Source: Negaprion brevirostris (Eukaryota). Taken from it: DNA of 64,000 nucleotides. A model generated the notes under the pieces. That model was not told the DNA's origin and made no database searches. It saw only the letters and a list, made by a program, of their open reading frames with translations. Position numbers and translations under genes: made by a program. Location: the NCBI GenBank assembly GCA_030324005.1, contig JARDVH010000042.1:76403695-76467694 (forward strand). Reading direction: 5' to 3'. Shown here piece by piece: positions 50,728-62,200 of this stretch (position 1 is the stretch's first letter; the number at the start of each line of letters is the position of its first letter).

Positions 50728-51412
50728 TTTATGCATGGCCCAGCCAATGTCGGTTTAACATCTGTTGAAACCAAAGTTGTCAGCTAGTGCTGCCATTACA
50801 CACTTTAAGGCTTCCAGGTAAAAATAGTTACTCATGAGTATGTGCTTACTTTCTCAATTCTAAAGTATAATATCCTAAATACATGTGAATTCTACCTATT
50901 CATTCATGCATTTCCTTCACACTATTATATGCCAAACGCCAGAGCAGGCAAGTCTGGCAAACTTGCAACCTTTATTTTCCATAGCAACTCTCAGACCTGA
51001 GTCCTTAGCCTTGCATTCCAAAGCTCAAGGGCATTTTTCAAGATCTCTGACTGGATATGGTTTCCAAGTGAAAGGAATGTAGAATTAAATCCAAAGCGCA
51101 CAATTCAATAATGTTTCATTAGTTTGTGCTATTTCCAAGGACTCAGGTATTCAATGTTTATAATTGCTTCTAAAAGTGTTATGAAATGCTTTAACGCAGT
51201 GTTCAGAAATATTCTCCTAATTTTCTCCAAAACAGGACTGTTTTATTTAATTCTGTGTAATGTTATGAATTTAGATTGTTCCTGTCAGCATGTCATAATT
51301 ACATACTTATAGTTGTGCAACCTATTCTTAAAAGAATTCAAACAATTCCTGTGCATTACTAATAGCATACAAACCAGTGCCTGGAAGGCCAAAGGACAAT
51401 TAAATAACACAG

Positions 51413-51535
51413 AGGGCGGCACGGTAGCACAGTGCTTAGCACTGCTGCTTCACAGCTCCAGGGACCTGGGTTCAATTCCCAGCTTGGGTGACTGTCGGTG
51501 TGGAGTTTGCACATTCTCCTTGTCTGCATGGGTTT
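51413..51535 (+). mobile_element. HE1-type SINE head running into a gap
   Basis: GGGCGGCACGGTAGCACAGTG.TTAGCACTGCTG...GGTTCAATTCCC (A and B boxes). Confidence 0.8.
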
Positions 51536-51984
51536 NNNNNNNNNNNNNNNNNNNNNNNNNNNNNNNNNNNNNNNNNNNNNNNNNNNNNNNNNNNNNNNNN
51601 NNNNNNNNNNNNNNNNNNNNNNNNNNNNNNNNNNNNNNNNNNNNNNNNNNNNNNNNNNNNNNNNNNNNNNNNNNNNNNNNNNNNNNNNNNNNNNNNNNNN
51701 NNNNNNNNNNNNNNNNNNNNNNNNNNNNNNNNNNNNNNNNNNNNNNNNNNNNNNNNNNNNNNNNNNNNNNNNNNNNNNNNNNNNNNNNNNNNNNNNNNNN
51801 NNNNNNNNNNNNNNNNNNNNNNNNNNNNNNNNNNNNNNNNNNNNNNNNNNNNNNNNNNNNNNNNNNNNNNNNNNNNNNNNNNNNNNNNNNNNNNNNNNNN
51901 NNNNNNNNNNNNNNNNNNNNNNNNNNNNNNNNNNNNNNNNNNNNNNNNNNNNNNNNNNNNNNNNNNNNNNNNNNNNNNNNNNNN

Positions 51985-53545
51985 ACAGGATATTACAAAG
52001 TCTATGGGGCCTGACAATAATACTGAAGACTTGTGCCCCAGAACTTGCTGCACCGCTAGCCAAGTTGCTCCATTACAACTGCAACATTGGCATCTACCTG
52101 ACAATATGGAAAACTGCCCTTGTGCATCCTATACACAAAATCTGGACAAATCCAACCCAGCCAATTAGCTCATTGGTCTATCTTCATCATCAGTAGAGTG
52201 ATGGAAGGGGTCATAAACATTTCTATCAAGCAGCACTTGCTTAGCAATAGCCTGCTCACTGATGCTCAGTTTAAGTTCTCACTCACCTGCTCAGCCCCTG
52301 ACCTCATTACAACCTTGGTTCAAACCTGGACAAAAAAGCAGAATTCCAGGGTTGAGGTGAGAGTGACTGCCATTGGTATCAAGGCTGCATTTCGCTGAAT
52401 ATGGCATCAAGGAGCACTGGCAAAACTGGAGTCAATGGGAATTGGGAGGAACACTGTCTGCTGGTTGAAGTCATACCTAAGTCAGAGGAGGGTAGTTGTG
52501 GTTGTTAGAGTTCAATTGTCTCAGCTCCGAGACTTTACTGCAGAGACAGAATTATATGCTGCCCAACAGCAGATTCTGAGGTGGGAGAACATAAAATTGA
52601 GTGGGTTGGGTTCCCCCAGGAACCAGACCACCAAATCCCAGGTGCAATTTCACATTTGGACAGGCAGAGCTTTGGGCAGGAAACCCGCCCATTCACATAT
52701 TATGGCCCTTAAGTGGCCATTCACTGGCTGGGAGAGGGGAGGGCGAGAAAACAACATTTACACATTTCCCCATCTCAGGCGTAAGGCCTCACTCTGAAGG
52801 CCGCTTTGGAGTTGGGATGCCCATCCTGCCAGGATGTTGGAGCTCTGGGATCCCCTTACCCTGTGACACCACATTCATCACTCCCTCAATCACTGAATCC
52901 CCTACTATAAATACCCTGGGGGTGGTTTCCAGTAATCAGAAAATTGAGCTTGACTAGACATAAAAATACCGTGGGTAAAAGAGTAGGTCAGAGACTAGGA
53001 ATCCTGCAGAAACTCACCTCCTGACTTCAGAAAGCCTGTCCACCATCTTCAATACACAATTCAGGAATGTGATGGAATACTCTCCATTTCCCTGGATCAG
53101 TGCAACTCCAGCAACACTCAAAAAGCCTGACACTATCCAGGACAAAGTAGTCCATTTGATTGGCACCCCATCCACAAACATTCATACCCTCCAACACTGA
53201 TGCACAGTAGCAGCAATGTGTACTATCTACAAGATGCATTACAGGAACTCAACAAGCCTCCTTACACAGCATCTTCAAAATCCACAATCACTACTAAGGA
53301 CAGCAGAAAGGTGAGAACACCACCACCTGAAAGTTCCCCATCAAGCCACACACCATCCTGACCTGGAATGATATCATCATTCCTTCACTGTCGCTCCCTC
53401 CATAACAGCACTATTGGTGTACCTACACCTTCCTACACCTTGGGGACTGTAGCAGTTCAAGAATACAGCTCAAGGATAAGTAGCAATGGGCAATAAATGT
53501 TGGCTGAGCCAGCAAAGCCCACATCCCCTGATAGAATTAAAAAAT
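51985..53545 (+). mobile_element. LINE family B copy (RT region to 3' tail), interrupted near 52545-52870
   Basis: LKTCAPELAAPLAKL, DKSNPAN, SRVMEGVINISIKQHLLSNSLLTDAQF, VRVTAIGIKAAF. Tail GGGCAATAAATGTTGGC...GCCCACATCCC. Confidence 0.8.
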
Positions 53546-54429
53546 CTTCAATTTTGCATAATGTAGTGCAATCACGGGAGCTCAGAACTGACTTGTTTAG
53601 GCAAATTACCTGGATTTGTGTTCACGTTATTCCCCTGATTTGATTAATTTTGACAGGGTCAGTAGTCTTTGCCAAACGGCCTGCTAAAAAGTGGTAAGGG
53701 TTTTCTGTAGAAAGTCTCATTAGCTGCAACTTAACAGCGCTGGTGGCAACTCTGGATGCTGAAGTTGTTGAAGTGGTCGTAAAGCCTTTTCATATACGCA
53801 AAGGTAAGCATTTAAAATTGACCTTTTCTGCCCTGACTATACCAGAAATCAGCGATGAACAGGTTTCCCTAGACCAGCCTTGCTATGATGCAAATGATGG
53901 GCGGCAGTTTGGGATGTCATATTTTTGTTGTTTACATATTAATACACTGCACCCCCTCATACTTGGACAGACATGTTTTATAACCTCTTTATCATGTCTG
54001 GTAACAAGTCCAAAAAGCAGCAGACTGAGTTGTTGGATTAGCTGAGCCACTCTGCCAGAAATATGAGAGGACACCTTTGGTCTTAATTTCTTCTTATCAC
54101 CCATTCATAACAAGTGGTTGGATAATGCAACCCACATGAACATCAGAATTTTTAGCAAGGAATACTATATAACTTCCTCTTCTACAACAATCGTATAACA
54201 ATATTACCTGATGAAGAAAGGAATAAATTTTGTAAAACTATTTAAGTTGTATTATAAACATAAATAGAAGATAAAACCTAGAAATACTGGAAATATATAA
54301 ATATTACAAAATGCTGGAAGCCTGCAAAATACAAGCTCATCAGTATCTGAAAAAAGTGACAGTTTAATATTTTAACTGTCGTTTATTAGGCCTATTGTGT
54401 GCTTCCAGCATGTTCTACTCCTTAATGTA

Positions 54430-54703
54430 ATTGCTACATCACAGCACCAGGGACACAGGTTCGATTCCCCTTTGGTTCACTGCGAGGAGTCTGCATATTC
54501 TCTCCATGTCTGCGTGGGTTTCCTCTGGGTGCTCTGGTTTCCTCCCACAGTCTGAAAAGCGTGCTGGTTAGTTGCACCGGCCATACTAAATTCTCCCTCA
54601 GTGTGCCAAACAGGCACTGGACTGTGGTAATTAGGTGATTTTCACAGTAATTTCTTTGCAGTATTAACGTAAGCCTACTTGTGACACTAATAAATAAACT
54701 TTA
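54430..54703 (+). mobile_element. HE1-type SINE, alternative tail
   Basis: GGTTCGATTCC B box, HE1 core, tail TTTTCACAGTAA...GTAAGCCTACTTGTGACACTAATAAATAAACTT. Confidence 0.8.
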
Positions 54704-54810
54704 ACTGCATGTGAGGAGAACTAGACTATATTTTGATTCCTTTAGTGGATTTCCAGAATCACACATACTTCAGTGAATGAATTGCAATTAAATAGATTTT
54801 TTTTTTAAAC

Positions 54811-55340
54811 AGAATCCCTACAGTGCAGAGGGAGGGCCATTTGGTCCATCAAATCTGCACCAACTACAACCCCACCCAGGCCTTATCCCCATAATCCCAT
54901 GCATGTACCCTAGCTAGTCTCCCTGGCACTAAGGGGCAATTTAGCATGGCCAATCCACCGAATCTGCAAATCTCTGAACTGTGGGAGGNNNNNNNNNNNN
55001 NNNNNNNNNNNNNNNNNNNNNNNNNNNNNNNNNNNNNNNNNNNNNNNNNNNNNNNNNNNNNNNNNNNNNNNNNNNNNNNNNNNNNNNNGTCACAAGTAAG
55101 GCTTACATTAGCAATGAAGTTACTGTGAAATTCCCCTAGTCGCCACAGTCTGGCACCTGTTCAGGTCAATGATTCTAACCAGCACATCTTTCAGATTGTA
55201 GGAGGAAACTAGAGCACCTGGAGGAAACACACACTGACACGGGGAGAGTGTGCAAACTCCACACAGACAGTGACCCAAGCCAGGAATCAAACCCAGGTCC
55301 TGTGAAGCAGCAGTGCTACCATTGTGCTCCGTGCCACCCT
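54811..55340 (-). mobile_element. Two adjacent HE1-type SINEs (CR1-like tail 54811-54988; alternative tail 55089-55340) separated by a gap
   Basis: Reverse-complement matches to both HE1 tail types and to the head. Confidence 0.75.
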
Positions 55341-56046
55341 TGTCCCAAGTACCTACCAATACTGCTATGAAATGTCTACAGATGGCATGGGATGACTGAA
55401 TCTCCCCCTCCACCAGGAAAGGAAGTGAGCATCACCACTTGCACTGAGAATGGTAGCCTGCCAAGTGTCAAGAAGTTTGGTGAGAACTATTTTCTACTAA
55501 CCTGTGGTGCAGTATGACAGGCCTTTGATACTTAGTGCTAATGTATGTGGTGGAGCTGCCATTTTTATCTATTATTTTAAATAGTGCAAAGATTGAAATG
55601 AGGAGAAATCACAAACTACACATTGCAAGATCCAGAGCTCAATTAAACTCAAAATCTGATTTGTGTAATCAAGAAAAGTTCCATCAATTCCAGTTGGCTG
55701 AGATTACTATTAATATTAACTTGAACTAAAGTACTAAAATGACCACCACATGGAGAAGGAAGTTGTGTGGTAGGTATGTGATTTCTCACACAGGCAGTTT
55801 TGCATCTGATTGAATGGAAGGAGATGGCGGTGCCTGAGAAAAATGATAACAGTTAAGCAGTCAGAGTCAGTTTTGTTAAAACTTCAAGCAACTGGTTATA
55901 GAATATCTTCAAACATGGGCCTCAAGAGAATGTACTGTCCATTTTCTGGATTGAATAAAAAATAATACATGGCATGTATTTTGGAAGAAAATATAATACT
56001 TTTTTAATGGAAAACCTTCGTCAACAGGCACATTTCTAAATCTTAC

Positions 56047-56124
56047 CTTGATCCTTTCAATACCAGCTTCAATCCTTAACTGTTCCACCATTTTCCTTGC
56101 CTGTGCTATGTTGTTCGTTGACAT
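56047..56124 (-). CDS. GNG7: G protein subunit gamma 7, first coding exon (the exon starts at 56153 with 29 nt of 5'UTR)
   Basis: [26 protein letters not shown] followed by donor AAG|GTAAGA. Upstream acceptor is a pyrimidine tract ending ATCCAG at 56154. Residues EQLRIEAG and VGVPAS match GNG7 rather than GNG12. Confidence 0.96.
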
Positions 56125-56829
56125 TATCACAGTTTATCCAATAGGCCAACTTTCTGGATAAAAAAGAAACAAATCATTAATTATCATAAAAGGCAGAAAC
56201 ACAAAAATATTTATGACAACAGAAATTATGGTATCAACTTTTATGGCAGGTTTAGTGGTATTCCTAAATATATATATTTTGAAAAAAATTGCAACTTAAA
56301 AATCACTAGGGTACTGGAAATTTGGCAGATTCCTACTCCTGTTAGCTATCTAATCATTCTTGATGGAAACTGGATGTTAGATGAGGACAGTCTAGCACTC
56401 AATTGTGAAAGTGTGTTGACCCTGTCTATCCTCAAAATACACAGAAAGTGCCCATTTACCTCAAAAGCAGGAAGAAAAGTCAGAGGAAAATTCAAAACAT
56501 CTTCTATTTTCTTGGAAAGATTAAAACCAAGGGCTAGATTTTGGGCTCTCCTGCTCACTCACTCTGTGTTTCAGGTGGGCGTCACTGTCTACCTGCCAGA
56601 TTATACCAGTGGTGAGATTTAATCCATGGTGGCAGAGACCTAAGCCATATGCCCTGCTTGGCAACATTCCATCTGCAGGACAGGGGGCGGGGTGTCCTTA
56701 TCCTGCTGATAGGGAGGGCCGTCAGGGTCCTTCCAGGTTCTCCTGCCTCCACCACCGGCCTTTTTACCCTGGTCCACCCTCACCAGAGCCAGCCATCCAG
56801 GTCTGGGCGAGATCCCCAACACTTACCTT

Positions 56830-57166
56830 GGGCGGCATAGTAGCACAGTGGTAGCACTGCTGCTTCACAGCTCCAGGGACCTGGGTTCGATTCCTGGGTT
56901 GGGTCACTGCCTGTGTGGAGTTTGTACATTCTCCTCGTGTATGTGTGGGTTTCCTCTGGGTGCTCCGGTTTCCTCCCACAGTCCAAAGATGTGCGGGTTA
57001 GGTTGATCAGCCATGCTAGATTGCCCTTTAGTTTGTGATGCTTAGGTTAGAGGGATTAGTGGGTAAATATGTAAGGCTATGGGGGTAAGGCCTGGGTGGG
57101 ATTGTGGTTGGTGCAGACTCGATGGGCAAATGGCCTCTTTCTGTACTGTAGGGTTTCTATGATTTC
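56830..57166 (+). mobile_element. HE1-type SINE, full length, CR1-like tail
   Basis: A box GGCATAGTAGCACAGTGG, B box GGTTCGATTCC, core and tail ...CTGTAGGGTTTCTATGATT. Confidence 0.85.
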
Positions 57167-57221
57167 TGTGCTGAATACTGGATCCAGAGCTGCATGCCTT
57201 CCTCTCTGCTTTCTACGGTGT

Positions 57222-57330
57222 CACAGTAAAAAGTCTGACAACACCAGGTTTTCGTCCAACCGATTTATTTGATAATAAACTCACAAGCTTTCGGGGTTAG
57301 CCCCTTCGTCAGGTGAATGGAGAGTTCTGG
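57222..57330 (-). mobile_element. Penelope-like terminal repeat (family 1) entering a gap
   Basis: CACAGTAAAAAGTCTGACAACACCAGGTT...GTCCAAC...TTTATTTG, homologous to 29025-29114 and 47462-47547. Confidence 0.8.
57280..57317 (-). ncRNA. Minimal type-I hammerhead ribozyme motif in the PLE terminus
   Basis: Minus strand reads TTCAC-CTGACGA-A-GGGG(CTAA)CCCC-GAAA-GC-TT-GTGAG: helix I, CUGANGA box, helix II, GAAA box and a UH cleavage site. Confidence 0.7.
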
Positions 57331-58415
57331 NNNNNNNNNNNNNNNNNNNNNNNNNNNNNNNNNNNNNNNNNNNNNNNNNNNNNNNNNNNNNNNNNNNNNN
57401 NNNNNNNNNNNNNNNNNNNNNNNNNNNNNNNNNNNNNNNNNNNNNNNNNNNNNNNNNNNNNNNNNNNNNNNNNNNNNNNNNNNNNNNNNNNNNNNNNNNN
57501 NNNNNNNNNNNNNNNNNNNNNNNNNNNNNNNNNNNNNNNNNNNNNNNNNNNNNNNNNNNNNNNNNNNNNNNNNNNNNNNNNNNNNNNNNNNNNNNNNNNN
57601 NNNNNNNNNNNNNNNNNNNNNNNNNNNNNNNNNNNNNNNNNNNNNNNNNNNNNNNNNNNNNNNNNNNNNNNNNNNNNNNNNNNNNNNNNNNNNNNNNNNN
57701 NNNNNNNNNNNNNNNNNNNNNNNNNNNNNNNNNNNNNNNNNNNNNNNNNNNNNNNNNNNNNNNNNNNNNNNNNNNNNNNNNNNNNNNNNNNNNNNNNNNN
57801 NNNNNNNNNNNNNNNNNNNNNNNNNNNNNNNNNNNNNNNNNNNNNNNNNNNNNNNNNNNNNNNNNNNNNNNNNNNNNNNNNNNNNNNNNNNNNNNNNNNN
57901 NNNNNNNNNNNNNNNNNNNNNNNNNNNNNNNNNNNNNNNNNNNNNNNNNNNNNNNNNNNNNNNNNNNNNNNNNNNNNNNNNNNNNNNNNNNNNNNNNNNN
58001 NNNNNNNNNNNNNNNNNNNNNNNNNNNNNNNNNNNNNNNNNNNNNNNNNNNNNNNNNNNNNNNNNNNNNNNNNNNNNNNNNNNNNNNNNNNNNNNNNNNN
58101 NNNNNNNNNNNNNNNNNNNNNNNNNNNNNNNNNNNNNNNNNNNNNNNNNNNNNNNNNNNNNNNNNNNNNNNNNNNNNNNNNNNNNNNNNNNNNNNNNNNN
58201 NNNNNNGCGTTGCTCAATAACATGCTATCAATCATATTTCAACTGGAATCATTTGTCTACGAAAGAAGCTATTTTAAAATCAAAATACTGGTTAGATAAG
58301 TTAGAATTCTCTGTGTAATTTTCAGCTGTGATTAAGTGGCTCTGGGTTTCACTACAAAAAACCTTACAATGAAATAACCTAATTTCAAAACCTCTCTGAA
58401 CATATTTGATAGTCT

Positions 58416-58502
58416 TTGTAAGTCTAAGTTAATAGCATCGCTTTACAATACAATATTTTGTAAGTCTGTGTCATTAGCATCGCTTTACAATACAATATTT
58501 TG
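58416..58502. repeat. Tandem duplication with a ~42-bp period
   Basis: TAGCATCGCTTTACAATACAATATTTTG is identical at 58433-58460 and 58475-58502. Confidence 0.85.
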
Positions 58503-59034
58503 AAAATTTAAGCAAAATATGATAATGAAAAAAAACAAAAAACTCAGTGGAACAATGTAACATTAAAAACTCCAAAGAAAGTGGATACAAAATTAACACG
58601 AACTGCAACTAGTAATCTGGTGTTGGAATCAACCCATTAGAACTCTATCCTTAACATTGAGTTCATTAACATGTATGATTCATGTCACAACAAACCCAGG
58701 TTAGAGTGAGTTTGTTAAGATACTGATGCATTAATACTTTGTATGAAACAATATGCTTCTTAAGATTTCTAACTTGTACCTAGACAGGTCTGCATTGCAG
58801 TTTTGTCTGATGAAGCAATAATGTTTCGTTGTGACTGCTCATTGTGTCATGATGTGTATAAGCGATATAAACTAGTAAAAATCATTATTTTTAGTGAGAT
58901 GCATACTAATGGGCTTGATTTTCAATCTGGGGTTAGAGATCCATTGCCCAGATAAATTTGGGGTTCTGACCCTGCAACTCTACCTTCAAATCATAATGCT
59001 CTAATTGGGTTGGAGGTGAACTTGGCATTCAGTT

Positions 59035-59290
59035 ACAAAAACAGAAAATGCTGGAAAATCTCAGTAGGTCTGACAGCATCTGTGGAGAGGAAGAGAGCCA
59101 ATGTTTCGAGTCTGGTTGACCCTTCGGCAGAGCTAAAGACAAAGAAAATAGAATGAGATTTATACTGTAGGAGAGGGGGAGGAAGGGGGTTGTGTGATGA
59201 CCAAAATGTCATAGACAAAAAGCCAAAGGGAACATAAATGAGTGGAGGGTGCTAATAGCATCCATTAAGAGATCGGAATGGCATTCAGTT
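59035..59290 (-). mobile_element. Penelope-like terminal repeat (family 2) with a near-intact hammerhead motif
   Basis: AAAACAGAAAATGCTGGAAAATCTCAG.AGGTCTGACAGCATCTGTGGAGAG, homologous to 37500-37580. Confidence 0.7.
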
Positions 59291-59892
59291 AGTGGTGCCG
59301 AGCTCCGTGAGGAGGTAGCAGCTGCCTGCAAGTGAAATGGCATCAAAAGCAGATGGCAGCCATGAAGAGGTACAATTGAGGAGGCTGTCCAGCACAAGAG
59401 AGGAGGCTGGAATTCGGAGGGCCTAAAGCCTCAGCATCAAATGGTCAGCCAAGTGCCCAATCTCACAGCGAAACCCCTGATTTAAAAAAATGTTGCAGCT
59501 TCCTGCATTAACTGCAACAGTTGTGCATTAATCTGCACCAAGTTGTTTTTGTTTTGCAAGTTCCTACTTGAAAATTGGCCCATGACCCTCCCTGGCCAGT
59601 TTATAATCTCTACAAACATCTTAAAAGGAAGGTATACTGGAGACGGGCCGGTTTGCAATCGCCCCCGTCCCCCCCCCCGCCCCAACTTTCTTTTGAAAAC
59701 AGCATTATGCTTTGCAGGAGTTAGAGTCCAATAACACTGTCCAGGTGTGAAAATTTCAGTGTGCACCTGCACTGCTATACACCTCTGTACCTCTAGTTGA
59801 AAATTCAGCCCATTAACTCAATGAAAGTACAATATGAATTAACATCTTTGTACATGACTAAAATAGTACAAAACTGTAAGAAAACATAAGAA

Positions 59893-60091
59893 CATAGACA
59901 TAGAAATCCTACAGTGCAGAAGGACGCCATTTGGCCCATCAAGTTTGCATTGACAACAGTCCCACCCAGGCTCTATCCCCACTNNNNNNNNNNCCCAGGA
60001 AACTCAGGGTTAATTTAGCATGTCCAATCAACCTAACCCGCACATCTTTGGACTGTGGGAGGAAACTGGGGCACCCGGAGGAAACCCACAC
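59893..60091 (-). mobile_element. HE1-type SINE, 5'-truncated
   Basis: CCTACAGTGCAGAAGGA.GCCATT...TTTGGACTGTGGGAGGAAAC...GCACCCGGAGGAAACCCAC. Confidence 0.75.
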
Positions 60092-60509
60092 AATGGCTTG
60101 ACCAGAGTAACATTCAAATCATTGCTTTTCTGTGTTACTCTGAATGTAACATAGAATTTGTAGTTTTTGATTAGACATTTCTCAGATATGGTACTGGAAT
60201 TTTATGTTTTCCCCAAGGGAGAGTGAGGAGGCCATTAAGTGGCCAATTAATGGAATTTACTAGCAGTGGGAAAGCCCAATGCCATATCTCCAGGATGTCC
60301 AGCAGGACCTGTCAGCCTGGTGGACAGTTCAGGGTGGATAGGGAATGGTGTGTTGGGGAGAGAGTCTGGGGGGCTTCTGGTAGGACATTCTGCCCATTGG
60401 CAGCCTGCANNNNNNNNNNNNNNNNNNNNNNNNNNNNNNNNNNNNNNNNNNNNNNNNNNNNNNNNNNNNNNNNNNNNNNNNNNNNNNNNNNNNNNNNNNN
60501 NNNNNNNNN

Positions 60510-62200
60510 AGCCTCCACCACTTCAATGGGCAAAGAATTCCAGAGATTCACCACCCTTTGAGTGAAGAAGTTCCTCCTCAACTCCGTTCGAAACTGGACC
60601 CCCCTTATTTTGAGGCTGTGCCCCCTAGTTCTGCTATCCTTTCTAAGCGGGAAGAATCTCTCTACCTCTACCCTATTTAGCCCCTTCATTATCTTAGATG
60701 TCTCTATAAGATCCCCCCTCAGCCTTCTAAAGTTTAATGAGTACAGGCCCATTGTGGGTGTACTTACACCATAAGGGCTGCAGCGATTCAAGAAAGTGGC
60801 ACACCAACACCTTCTGAAGTGAAATCAGGAATGGTCGAATGCCAGCCTAACCAGCAATGCCCATATCCTGTGAACAAATAAAACAGACCTTTTAAAAATC
60901 TATGCTGCACTTCTTCCAAGCCCAATATACCTTTCCTCAGATGTGGCAGCCAGAACTGCTCTTAACAGGGCTTTGCATTGCTAACACTTGACCTCCGCTC
61001 TTTTTACTAACCTTTTGATATTTTTTGTACCTTTCCATGACATTTTAATGATCTGGGATTCTTGGACCCCTAGCCGCTTTTCAGCTCCATTGCTTGTAGC
61101 TTTTCACCTTTTAGAAAGTACTTTGATCTATCCCTTTTAGGTCTAAATTGGATGACCTCACACTTGCTTGTAATGAAATCTATTTGCTCAATTTTTCCGA
61201 TTCACATATTCTATTAATATCTCTTTGCAATTTTACGTTTCCATTTACATTGCTTCGAATGTCACCTATGTTTGTGTCATTGGCAAACTTGGGTGTACGG
61301 CTGTCTATTCTGTATTCCAACTTGCTAATATAGATAACTATGGGACATTAATAGTCACATCTTGCTAATAAGGTTACCTACCCATTGTCCCTACTCAGCT
61401 GAGCCAATTTCCTAATTAGGTCAATTCAAAGATCTTCAACTTCAGTCACCAGTCTTTTCTTACAGACCTTATCCAAAACTTCTGGTAGTCTGCATTAATT
61501 AGATTCATCAGACATTGACCTCCACTTTACAAATCCACACTAGCTCTCTCTCTAATTAGTTGAAATTTTTCAATATTCAGTCTTCTATCCTTAATTATAG
61601 ATGCTGGTCATGCTCACCTGACTGGTTTATAATTCCTTTAATTCCCTCTTACCTTCCTTAAATAGCATAGTGACATGCAATTTTTCAATCTGAGGGAACA
61701 GTTCCTCAACTGAGAAAATCTCAGAAGATTATAGTTAGCGCAAGATGATCCCAGGATGAAAACAGTCTGGTCCTGGAGATTTGTCTTTCATGAACTGTAT
61801 TCTTCATTGCTATTAATTTCCTTACATTCATTACGATGAGTTTGAATTCCTGATTCAATGTTATATTCCTTGGGAGGTCCAGATTGCTGTTCTCTTCCTC
61901 TATTGTAAATAGTGATGCAAAGTAATTATTTCATAGGCTTGTCAATTCCTTATTTTTATTTAAATCACCATGATGAGATTTTAAGGGTCACATATTACCC
62001 TTAACATAACATAATTGCAAAAGTTTTTCAATTGATTTCGATAATGCTTGCTAGTTTATTCTTATATTTGCTTTTTGTAGCCTTTACTATATGTTTTATC
62101 AATCATTGCTGATCTACGCTTTTCTCTGATTCTGAGTTTTTTTCTACATTCATCTATGATTTTTCTTATGACTTGATATTGTTTGTGCCTTGTCTCTTTA
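60510..62200. mobile_element. Patchwork of LINE fragments: CR1 (minus, 60510-60750), LINE-B tail (plus, 60750-60885), older CR1 (minus, 60900-62200)
   Basis: GLYSLNFRRLRGDLIE..KIMKG...RTRGHSLKI...FFTQRVVNLWNSLP. LINE-B tail GCCAGCCTAACCAGCAATGCCCATATCC. Reverse KFANDT and KSPGPD remnants. Confidence 0.65.

Noticed and set aside
55909-56046. C-terminal extension [12 protein letters not shown]… of the 73-aa ORF
   Set aside because: Similarity to G-gamma stops exactly at a canonical GTAAGA donor, so the extension is intron read-through.
58800-58860. CTGATGA motif suggesting a hammerhead or C/D-box RNA
   Set aside because: No downstream helix II and GAAA box, and no properly placed D box with a terminal stem.
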